From an uncultured virus (IMG/VR IMGVR_UViG_3300028805_000004) (lineage: Duplodnaviria; Heunggongvirae; Uroviricota; Caudoviricetes), in IMG/VR virus record IMGVR_UViG_3300028805_000004: DNA of 20,000 bases. One strand, 5' to 3'. Positions within the stretch are counted from its first letter, which is position 1. Each line of letters opens with the position of its first letter. A program made the translations under genes and the position numbers. Of this stretch, positions 9,228 through 16,863 are shown one piece after another. The notes beneath the pieces are model-generated. The model did not search any database. It had not been told where the DNA came from and was given only the letters and a program-made list of their open reading frames with translations.

Positions 9228-9938
9228 CTAGTTATACCTAGAAGTAGACGTACGTCTGTTCCTGCGCCTACTACCGTCACCGTCTTCATAACTTGTGCTG
9301 TACTGTTTTCGGATAGTACCACCATTTCCGTAGTTGGTGACATTATTATTAACAGTATGTTCTGCTTCTTTATACTGAGCTTTATACTTTGTACCCTGGA
9401 TCTCAGATGTACTGATACGGTACACGCCAGCGGCTGCGGCAAGAACATTTATGGCAAAGTTGGCAATCTTTTCGCCCCTTGTTCGAGTGCTTCTGTACGT
9501 GTCTTTTGCAGTTACGTCGATCTTTAGCTTTTTACAAGCATCAGCAATTTCAGCCTGTCTTCCATAAGTTTTAAGGGTCTTCTCGTCCCACATTTCTTGG
9601 ACGTCCTTTAACTTGGCGCGTCTTTTCTGCTGCTTAGCAAGAACTTTTTCAGCTTTTTCGTGTTTTCCGGCCTTGCGCAATCTGTCAACACGAGCGTCAA
9701 GATTAGATAACTCGTTACGAGCCATGATTCCGTGAGCTCTGGAAACAGCCAACGCTTTATCGTTTTTGTTCAACTCACGAGTAAAACGTCTGGCCTGTCG
9801 TTTCAAGCCAGCGGTCGTGAGTGTTCCGTCCTCGTTCTGATATCTTCTTACGCCCCACTTCTGACCCTTTACTCCATGGTGGGCAAGGTATACATCATAT
9901 GCGAAAATATCAGAGGACAGTAATACTGATGTACTCAT
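9228..9938 (-). CDS. HHGxKGxKWG-motif protein (236 aa), basic, putative virion cargo
   Basis: It starts at ATG 9936-9938 (ATGA overlap with the upstream stop, preceded by GGGAGGAG). It has an N-terminal YLAHHGVKGQKWGVRRYQNEDGTLT, a Lys/Arg-rich helical body and one hydrophobic stretch (IANFAINVLAAAAGVY). I recall this motif family as DUF7211 but could not verify it. Confidence 0.8.
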   Translation of the reverse strand: MSTSVLLSSDIFAYDVYLAHHGVKGQKWGVRRYQNEDGTLTTAGLKRQARRFTRELNKNDKALAVSRAHGIMARNELSNLDARVDRLRKAGKHEKAEKVLAKQQKRRAKLKDVQEMWDEKTLKTYGRQAEIADACKKLKIDVTAKDTYRSTRTRGEKIANFAINVLAAAAGVYRISTSEIQGTKYKAQYKEAEHTVNNNVTNYGNGGTIRKQYSTSYEDGDGSRRRNRRTSTSRYN

Positions 9939-10165
9939 TGCTCCTCCCATTTCTTGATCGTTCGATTTCTGACAGCGTCACTATACTTTTTAAGGTCAGA
10001 CATCGGTGAGAAATATCCAACAGTGCCAGTTCTTTTGTCAACACCGTACATGCCCATATGAGTGGTAACAACAAAGTGCGAATTATTGTAGTCTATAAGA
10101 CTGATCGGGTTTAGTTTCGGATAGACAGCTTTAAATCGCTGTATGGCTTTTTCTGATGTAAGCAT
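9935..10165 (-). CDS. Putative immunity protein (Imm35/YrhB-like, 76 aa)
   Basis: It is translationally coupled (TAATG overlap at 10163-10167) to the toxin-tipped polyprotein. The pattern MLTxExA...(beta strands)...YGVDKRTGTV resembles Imm35/PepSY-like proteins. Confidence 0.55.
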   Translation of the reverse strand: MLTSEKAIQRFKAVYPKLNPISLIDYNNSHFVVTTHMGMYGVDKRTGTVGYFSPMSDLKKYSDAVRNRTIKKWEEQ

Positions 10166-13100
10166 TAGTGCACCACCTCTTTAATTTTCTCAGGATCAAA
10201 GTCGACATTGTCCAATCGGGCATACTGAATATTGTTAGCAACAGCCACAACGTTCATTGTATCCATTTTCATGTTGGCTTGTCCGTCATAAACATAGGCT
10301 ACACCATCGACGACTTCATAAGCCATGCTATGTCCGCCACCGCCATCCCAGGTAACCATCAGATTTCCTCGAGCACCGTCTCCTTGAGCTACGAGTTCTT
10401 TCTGGAGCTGCTCATTTACCTCTTGCTTGTACTGCTTTTGTGAGTCTTCAGAATATTTATGAACATACTTACGCTCAAGTTTTTCTGTATCAAGATGTTT
10501 TACCTTGGCGTCAGGATACCATCTTGTAACATCGCCATAATCATAACCAAACTGAACTTCGTTAGCCGTTACATCATAACCACGACGTCTCATGTCATAT
10601 GTGGCCGTACAGCACATGCAGTTATGCTTAGTATTTGTAGCAAGGTTCTTCCAACCTGGATTTACATCTTTAAGATCTTCTTCTCGCGAAGCATTAGTAT
10701 TCTGTTTAAGATGCAGTCCAGTTTCTTCGTCTACTGGTTCACCCTGTTTTCTCTTTTCAGCTTTCGATTTTGCCATTTCTGCAGATATAACGTCCTTGAC
10801 AAAGATTACAGGATCAGCAACCGCTGAAAGGTTAGAGGAGAAAAGCGCATTGACAACTGCTGATACACCATTGGCTATTCCCTCACTGTAGCTAACCTTC
10901 TTTCTTTGAGTTTGCTGGAAATTGAACATTGCCGTCTTAAGATCTGATCCGCTTGTTTTTTCTACGGTTTCTGTCAGCCTTCTCAGATGCACATCCATTG
11001 GTAAACTATCGTCAAATTCGTAACCAAAAGCATCAGCAAGCTCTTTTACTTCCTCTTCAGACATCATTCCACGATTAAGAAATAGTACTAATGAGGCTTT
11101 CTGGTCATTCAAGGTTACTTCATCTTCTTTACTAACATCTTCCCAGCCATCAATAGATCCGCCTCCTCCACCTCCTTGGACTTCAAACTCCATAGATTTG
11201 GCGTTTATCTTAAGCTTGGAAGTTACCTTATCGCGAAGCTCTGCTGCATGCTTTTTGCCAGCAGAAGTCAATCGACCGGCTTCGTCCTGAAACCTTCTTA
11301 TGCCCCACTTCTGACCTTTGATGCCGTGGTGTTCGAGAGCATTATCATCGGCAAATATAACAGCATGAGCAATCTGTTCCAGCCGATACTTGTCACGTGT
11401 GCCTGCTGACGCAGCCTTACCCATTGCTACGCCCATTGGTATGGAGGCAATGTTAGGAAGACCAGCAACTGACGAAGCAAGCGTTGTAGCTACACCAGCT
11501 AATACCGCTTTGCCAATAGCTTTGGTTCGTACAGCTCTGTGTTCATTGTAAATATCATCAACAGTCATCTTTACAAGATGGTCTGCTAACTTTTCGTACA
11601 TTTGCTTCGTGTTCGTTTGCCCACGTGCTATAGCCCTATCGATGTTTTTATCGTAACGCTTCAGCTCCTTCTCTCGAAATTTTTCAGCCTTTTCGTTACG
11701 CCGCAATCCAGCTTTTGTAAGTGTTCCATCTTCATTCTGAAACCGTCTAATACCCCACTTCTGACCTTTTATACCGTGGTGGGCTAGGTAGTTGTTATAA
11801 ACAGAGAGGTCTGAATGATTAATATAATACTCCTCAGCCCGTCTGAAAAAGTCTTCAGCCTGACGTTTTTGCCACAATGCTTTTTGTTCTTCTTGTTCGT
11901 ATCTATTATCAAGAGCTTTTAGTTTCTTGGCTTTATCGGAATCAGAAGGCAGTTTTCGAAGCGCTTTTGCTACTTTTACTCGAAGCGGTGATACTCGAGA
12001 CAAAATCTCGTCAGCTTCAGAAACATTTTTTTGCGCTTTACGAACACCCCTCTCCATTTCTGCTGCATCTAATCTTGCCTTACGTTTTGTAGTTTTAGCA
12101 GCTTTTTTAGCAGCACGAGTTTGCTTTAAAGTATCAAGGTCAAAATCCTGTGGAGTGCCTTTGTAGTCTTTCATGAATTGCCTCATGGATCTGAGACTTT
12201 TTATCATAGAGTCTACATCAGCATCTGTTCTTGCCGCTTTTCCAAGATCTTTTTTCATCTCTTCATAGCGTTTCTCCATATGGGCTTCGAGTTCTGCTCG
12301 TTTCGTATCTGCTTTTGCTTTTTTCTCGACGGGTTGTTCAGAAACTTTTGATTCTGCGTTCTCCTGACCCTTGGACTTATCTGACTTTTTAGTTCGCTCT
12401 TCTAAGTAGTCAAGTCTTGCATTACGAGCGTCATCTTTCTGCTTTTTCATAGCATACTCGTAAGCTTCAGGATTCGTCTGCTTCACAAAGTCGGAGTCGT
12501 ACTTTTTCCCATTAAGCTCTATGGTGTTACCACCACCATTGTTGGGCCCATCCGGATCATTTGGCTTAGTAGATGCTGAAGGCTTGTCAGGATCACCCTT
12601 TTGGTTCTTTGCATCAACTGTGTATTTGCTAATGCGCTCACGAGATTCACGATCAAGTTGATCTTTCTCGCGCTTGTAGTCGATGTCACGCTCAGCAGAA
12701 AGTTTATCTTTCTCAAGAGCTCTCTGATGATCACGCTCTTCTTTCTCGAGCTGACGCTGATACTTGAGTTCGTCGGCAGCTTTCTGCTTACGTTCTTTCT
12801 CGCCAGAAATATCCTCAATGTAATCCTTGGTGTCCTTGATAGCACCAGTTACATCACGGATAGCCTGGAAATATCCAACACCTCGCTTAACCTGCTCAGC
12901 AAAGCCTTTGGCGGCTCTATCGCGTTCGTCGAGTCGATTGTTGGCCTCTCTAAGCTCTTCGACAGTGAACTTGTCAGCATTCATGGTCAGGCCGAGACGA
13001 GTTTTAGCCCAAACCTTCTTCTGGCGCTCAAGCTTCTCGGCAGCTTTACGAGCTTTTACCTCTTTAGCCTTCTGGATTCCGCCACGCGCAGCCTTCACAA

Positions 13101-14169
13101 GACCCACACCGACCTTACGTCCGGCGGACATGGCGCTTTTAATACCATAGCGCTTGGCTCCAGCAGCAGTCAGACTTCCGTCAGCTTTCTGGAACCGTCT
13201 CACACCCCACTTCTGACCCTTGATTCCATGATGAGCCAGATAGGATCTGTAAGAATAAATATCATCATTTACAATCACTGAATGACTAACCTCCTCGCCT
13301 TGCAGCATACTTCGAGCTTCTTTACTGTATTTGTCGAGATCCGACTTCATTCTTTTAAGTTCATTGTCGGTGTACAAGTGTACTGAAGATGTATAGTCAA
13401 TTGCGTTAGTGGTTTTACCAACACTCCGCAAAGCGGATTCTGTTACATATTCCTCTAAGATAGCGCCAGCATACCCGCCGTCTCTTGATGTCGATATGTA
13501 TTTCTCAGCCTGATTACCCAAAGCCTCATCAGAGATTTTCCTAGAAAAATCTTGCAATGTAGACAGCGCTTTATCATAGTCAGACCTAACACGGTTTGGA
13601 TTTTTACCATTAGCAACAAGGCAATAATCGTATGAATTGTATGAACCATCATCCGCAAGGTTTTTAGGTCCCTGCCTATATGCTTCGACAATTCGTTCTT
13701 TAGTCCAACCTTTTATAGTCCGACGATCGGCTTCTGCAAGGCCTGCCACTGTACGATAAAAATCAACATTTTTTTCATAGTCTTCAGCACAAACGCTGCC
13801 AGCTTTTTTAACGCTCATGGCGAGAGATTCGATTTTATCGGCAGTAGCTGTATCTCTTGTGATGACATTGTCTACTAAATTGTCAATTTTATTTTTAACC
13901 CTGTCAAAGTCATTAGCCCGACGATTATTAGCATCTACTTGCCTAGCTTTTGCGGGATTCAGAAATCGTTCTTTAAAAGAGAGTTGCTGGTATTCAGGCC
14001 GATCGCCAAACCTATCAGATGCCTTGAATATCTTCTTTACTATCTTGTAGTTCTTTTTGGTGTTACTTAAAGGATCTTTAATTCTTGTCCCATCGTAATT
14101 CTGGAACCTTCTTACACCCCACTTCTGACCTTTGATGCCGTGGTGGGCTAAATATGTTGTGTAGCTCAT
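10165..14169 (-). CDS. Modular polyprotein (1334 aa) with four HHGIKGQKWG repeats and a C-terminal papain-fold toxin-like (Tox-PL/glutamine deamidase) domain
   Basis: AGGAGG (14176-14181) lies 6 nt before ATG 14167-14169. Repeats start at about aa 6, 310, 794 and 944. The C-terminal domain reads VNP...NCMCC...RRRGYDVTA...GDGARGNLMVTW..GGHS......G.AYVYDGQ, with Cys at 10618-10620, His at 10330-10332 and Asp at 10285-10287. Confidence 0.8.
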   Translation of the reverse strand: MSYTTYLAHHGIKGQKWGVRRFQNYDGTRIKDPLSNTKKNYKIVKKIFKASDRFGDRPEYQQLSFKERFLNPAKARQVDANNRRANDFDRVKNKIDNLVDNVITRDTATADKIESLAMSVKKAGSVCAEDYEKNVDFYRTVAGLAEADRRTIKGWTKERIVEAYRQGPKNLADDGSYNSYDYCLVANGKNPNRVRSDYDKALSTLQDFSRKISDEALGNQAEKYISTSRDGGYAGAILEEYVTESALRSVGKTTNAIDYTSSVHLYTDNELKRMKSDLDKYSKEARSMLQGEEVSHSVIVNDDIYSYRSYLAHHGIKGQKWGVRRFQKADGSLTAAGAKRYGIKSAMSAGRKVGVGLVKAARGGIQKAKEVKARKAAEKLERQKKVWAKTRLGLTMNADKFTVEELREANNRLDERDRAAKGFAEQVKRGVGYFQAIRDVTGAIKDTKDYIEDISGEKERKQKAADELKYQRQLEKEERDHQRALEKDKLSAERDIDYKREKDQLDRESRERISKYTVDAKNQKGDPDKPSASTKPNDPDGPNNGGGNTIELNGKKYDSDFVKQTNPEAYEYAMKKQKDDARNARLDYLEERTKKSDKSKGQENAESKVSEQPVEKKAKADTKRAELEAHMEKRYEEMKKDLGKAARTDADVDSMIKSLRSMRQFMKDYKGTPQDFDLDTLKQTRAAKKAAKTTKRKARLDAAEMERGVRKAQKNVSEADEILSRVSPLRVKVAKALRKLPSDSDKAKKLKALDNRYEQEEQKALWQKRQAEDFFRRAEEYYINHSDLSVYNNYLAHHGIKGQKWGIRRFQNEDGTLTKAGLRRNEKAEKFREKELKRYDKNIDRAIARGQTNTKQMYEKLADHLVKMTVDDIYNEHRAVRTKAIGKAVLAGVATTLASSVAGLPNIASIPMGVAMGKAASAGTRDKYRLEQIAHAVIFADDNALEHHGIKGQKWGIRRFQDEAGRLTSAGKKHAAELRDKVTSKLKINAKSMEFEVQGGGGGGSIDGWEDVSKEDEVTLNDQKASLVLFLNRGMMSEEEVKELADAFGYEFDDSLPMDVHLRRLTETVEKTSGSDLKTAMFNFQQTQRKKVSYSEGIANGVSAVVNALFSSNLSAVADPVIFVKDVISAEMAKSKAEKRKQGEPVDEETGLHLKQNTNASREEDLKDVNPGWKNLATNTKHNCMCCTATYDMRRRGYDVTANEVQFGYDYGDVTRWYPDAKVKHLDTEKLERKYVHKYSEDSQKQYKQEVNEQLQKELVAQGDGARGNLMVTWDGGGGHSMAYEVVDGVAYVYDGQANMKMDTMNVVAVANNIQYARLDNVDFDPEKIKEVVH

Positions 14170-14192
14170 ACAAGCCCTCCTGCTTTTGGTGC

Positions 14193-14741
14193 TCACATGC
14201 TCAAGCCATGATTGCTCAGATAGTTCTGGTATGCAGAAATATCAGAATGCTTTACATCCTTACCTGCATGGCCATCATTGGTAATCTTTGCATCCTGGAA
14301 ACTGACTGTAACGTGTTTCCTAAAGTATTCTTCCTGTTTCTTTTTCTTTTTCTTGTATCTTTCTAACGACTTGGCAGCCTTCTTTGTGGCTTTCTGTAAA
14401 CGTTTGTGATTTTTGTCTATTTCGCGCTGCTTCTTTTGCAGCTTCATCAAGGATCCAACGCCTTTAAGCACTTCTTTAGAGGAATTGGCAACGTTTTCCC
14501 AATTTACTTTTTCTCCTCTTTTCAACGGGAAGTAAATTTCATCAGCAATACCTTCTCGCCAGCCTTCATCTATATCGGCCTTTAAATCTTCTATTGTTTC
14601 ACCATCTTCATTAGTCAAAGGTTTACCACCTCCGCCGCCTTGTCCTTCAAATTTGACAGACTTGGCATCGCTGGCATCTTTATGATGTCCCCACTTCATG
14701 CCTTTTACGCCATGGTGGGCAAGATAAGCTCCGTAACCCAT
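14193..14741 (-). CDS. HHGxKGxKWG-motif protein (182 aa; start moved to ATG 14741)
   Basis: GAGGTG overlaps the terL stop and precedes ATG 14739-14741. The sequence is MGYGAYLAHHGVKGMKWGHHK, then a poly-Gly linker, a Lys-rich helix, and a degenerate copy of the junction motif at the C-terminus. Confidence 0.8.
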   Translation of the reverse strand: MGYGAYLAHHGVKGMKWGHHKDASDAKSVKFEGQGGGGGKPLTNEDGETIEDLKADIDEGWREGIADEIYFPLKRGEKVNWENVANSSKEVLKGVGSLMKLQKKQREIDKNHKRLQKATKKAAKSLERYKKKKKKQEEYFRKHVTVSFQDAKITNDGHAGKDVKHSDISAYQNYLSNHGLSM

Positions 14742-14748
14742 AAGCACC

Positions 14749-16497
14749 TCACTCAAACATGTCAATGTTCTGTCTATAGGCAACCCATGCATCCATCAAG
14801 GCCGATACATTATCGATCTTGTCAGCATAACGCTTCTTCCAAAGCTTACGGTTGCCATTGGTATCTTCAAGAACCATGGCATTGCCCATAGTCATACTCA
14901 TTAGTTCCTCATCAAAGAGCAGCATGCGCTCACTGGCAAGTTTCTTCAACTCACCGAGCGGAACTGACTCTGTCTTTACTCCCTGGATTACCTTAACAAC
15001 TCCAAACTCGCCTCGATCTTGAATATAACGAGCAACAAACTCCTTAGCATTATACGGGTCGTAGCCCATGCAGAGAACGTCGTACTGTTGGTCTTCCATA
15101 AACTGGTCGAGGTCGTCGTAAACGTCCATCATGTTGAGGACTGTTCCTTCAAATACGACGAGACTGCCTTCATCCATGAACTGACGATACTTGTCCCTTG
15201 CTGCCGGCTGTAGCCTTTCATAAGTTAACGAAGAAATATAACTTCGAACCTTGATTCCGAACTTCCCGTTCTTCAACGGGAACAAGAAGGTGGCTGCACA
15301 GAAGTCGTCACCTTGAGATAAGTCCAAACCAAGAGCACACGGCATCTTCCAATAGCTCCGTTTCCGATGTGGCTGTATCTCAGCATACGTGAAGTAGTAG
15401 GTGAGCCCCTCCATCGGTATCCCGAAACGCTTGGCAAGAATATCGTTGCGAGCAGACGGAACGTTTTCAGCTCTTTCGACGTCGAGCTGGTAGGTTTCCC
15501 AGGAAACTGTCTTTCCGAGATTCGGATTAGCTTTGAGCCACATGTCAGGATCGTTGACTTCCGAAACATCGTCAAGACGGTAATACCAAATGGACACATG
15601 CGGTGCATAATAGTCACCTCGAAGGATGTCCATTAACTCCATTTTGATTGAGTCTCCAGCTCCGTTACGAACACAACCCTCAGAGCTAGAAGCGATGATG
15701 ATGTAGTCGTCCAATCCACCCTTTCGAGCACCCTGTTCAAGAGCACCGACCGGATCTTCTCGCAGAACACCAGAGAGCCACTCGTCTACTGTGGAATACT
15801 TCACTCGTAATCCCTGAAGCTTGTCAATGACCATCGGTCTGATCTCAAGAAGGGAGTTTGTGAGAAGATTCTCGATACCCTTTTTGGTACTGGCAAGCTT
15901 TGGACGGTTCATCTTGGAACCAGTGGTGTTCTGCATCGAGCCATTGGTCAGAAATCTGAAGAATGGTCCTCGTGACTTGGTGATGGAGGTCTTGAATGGA
16001 GACAAAACCTCCTCGGACTGTTTCATCGTTGGTGCAGTTGTGACCTGATGAGTTGTCGACGGGTCTACTGTCAAGCCGAATGCCTGAATGCAGAAGTCGT
16101 ACATACTCTTAGCCGCTCCTCGAGCAACAATCAGATACTGCTTTGTTGTCAGACGCTTCTTGACTGTCCGAACAACGTAACGAACTCCGTGTCCGTTAGG
16201 GTCTGGCTCCGGTACCGGCTGTCTTACAAAGTAATACCAACCATAGAGCTGTTCGGCCCAAAGCTTAAAGCTGTCCAACAAGAAGAGAGGCTGACCGTCG
16301 GTTAAGGTAAGTTCGTTTTCACAGAACTCAACCCAGCCGTCGATAGCCTCATCATCGTAAAAGTATTTTGGATTGGCTATGAGAGCGTCAATCCTATTCA
16401 TCTCCATAGAGATTTCTTCATTGACCGGTATCTCCCCCCGAAGAACCTGATCACGAAACTCTTTGTAGTATTTCGGGGTAGCTCGATTTGAAAGCAT
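14749..16497 (-). CDS. terL: Terminase large subunit
   Basis: 582 aa with Walker A 'LIVARGAAKS', Walker B 'YSTVDE', coupling motif 'IASSSEG', and RNase H-fold nuclease motifs 'LGLDLSQGDD', 'YDPYNA' and 'KIDNVSALMDA'. Confidence 0.95.
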   Translation of the reverse strand: MLSNRATPKYYKEFRDQVLRGEIPVNEEISMEMNRIDALIANPKYFYDDEAIDGWVEFCENELTLTDGQPLFLLDSFKLWAEQLYGWYYFVRQPVPEPDPNGHGVRYVVRTVKKRLTTKQYLIVARGAAKSMYDFCIQAFGLTVDPSTTHQVTTAPTMKQSEEVLSPFKTSITKSRGPFFRFLTNGSMQNTTGSKMNRPKLASTKKGIENLLTNSLLEIRPMVIDKLQGLRVKYSTVDEWLSGVLREDPVGALEQGARKGGLDDYIIIASSSEGCVRNGAGDSIKMELMDILRGDYYAPHVSIWYYRLDDVSEVNDPDMWLKANPNLGKTVSWETYQLDVERAENVPSARNDILAKRFGIPMEGLTYYFTYAEIQPHRKRSYWKMPCALGLDLSQGDDFCAATFLFPLKNGKFGIKVRSYISSLTYERLQPAARDKYRQFMDEGSLVVFEGTVLNMMDVYDDLDQFMEDQQYDVLCMGYDPYNAKEFVARYIQDRGEFGVVKVIQGVKTESVPLGELKKLASERMLLFDEELMSMTMGNAMVLEDTNGNRKLWKKRYADKIDNVSALMDAWVAYRQNIDMFE

Positions 16498-16503
16498 GAA
16501 ATA

Positions 16504-16863
16504 TCACCCCATCAAACCCTGTTCTACCTCAAGAGCCAGCTTGATTCGGAACTCATCCTCGGCAATGGTGTCCTTGAGAGCCTGCATAGTGCTCCCACCT
16601 GCCGGAGGATCGAAAGACAATCGAACCAGATCGCCGACAAAGGACGGTACATCCGCGAGAAGGAAAGTCTGGGTAGCCGGGATCAGGTCTGACCATTCAG
16701 ACGTCTCATCAAATATAACAAACCCCCGCTTGGGTCCGACGCCGAGCTGTCTGCATTTGACAAGAGCTCGATTGATGTGCTCAACGATCTGATTGTCATA
16801 GCTTTCATCCTGGGCATCAATGCCAAGATGTTCTTTAACACTTGTTAAAATACTTGTGGTCAT
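16504..16863 (-). CDS. Head-tail adaptor/connector-like protein (119 aa)
   Basis: GGAGGAGG precedes ATG 16861-16863 (TAATG overlap with the HNH stop). The N-terminus 'ILTSVKEHLGIDAQDESYDNQIVEHINRA' matches the LxxVKxxLxI..D..D..I...I..A pattern of HK97 gp6/SPP1 gp15 adaptors. Confidence 0.65.
   Translation of the reverse strand: MTTSILTSVKEHLGIDAQDESYDNQIVEHINRALVKCRQLGVGPKRGFVIFDETSEWSDLIPATQTFLLADVPSFVGDLVRLSFDPPAGGSTMQALKDTIAEDEFRIKLALEVEQGLMG

Larger units (their letters stand above)
9837..14726 (-). repeat. Six dispersed coding repeats encoding (Y/A)L(A/E)HHG(I/V)KG(Q/M)KWG; five continue (V/I)RR(F/Y)Q
   Basis: Copies lie at 9837-9890, 11287-11340, 11737-11790, 13189-13242, 14101-14154 and 14688-14726. 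Five share the identical 14-mer GGTCAGAAGTGGGG on the minus strand. Confidence 0.95.

Noticed and set aside
9215..9448. ORF-track N-terminal extensions (portal to 9448; also 4435, 7992, 14196, 14792, 16884, 17695)
   Set aside because: Each overlaps an upstream gene or a structured spacer, and a downstream ATG with a clear SD sequence fits better.
9837..14726. CRISPR array or DGR template/variable repeats
   Set aside because: The repeats are in-frame coding motifs 0.4-1.5 kb apart and vary mainly at synonymous positions rather than specifically at adenines. No cas or reverse transcriptase gene is present in the window.
14749..16497. Intein or intron in terL
   Set aside because: The 582-aa length is normal, the ATPase and nuclease motifs are contiguous, and no intein splice motifs were seen.
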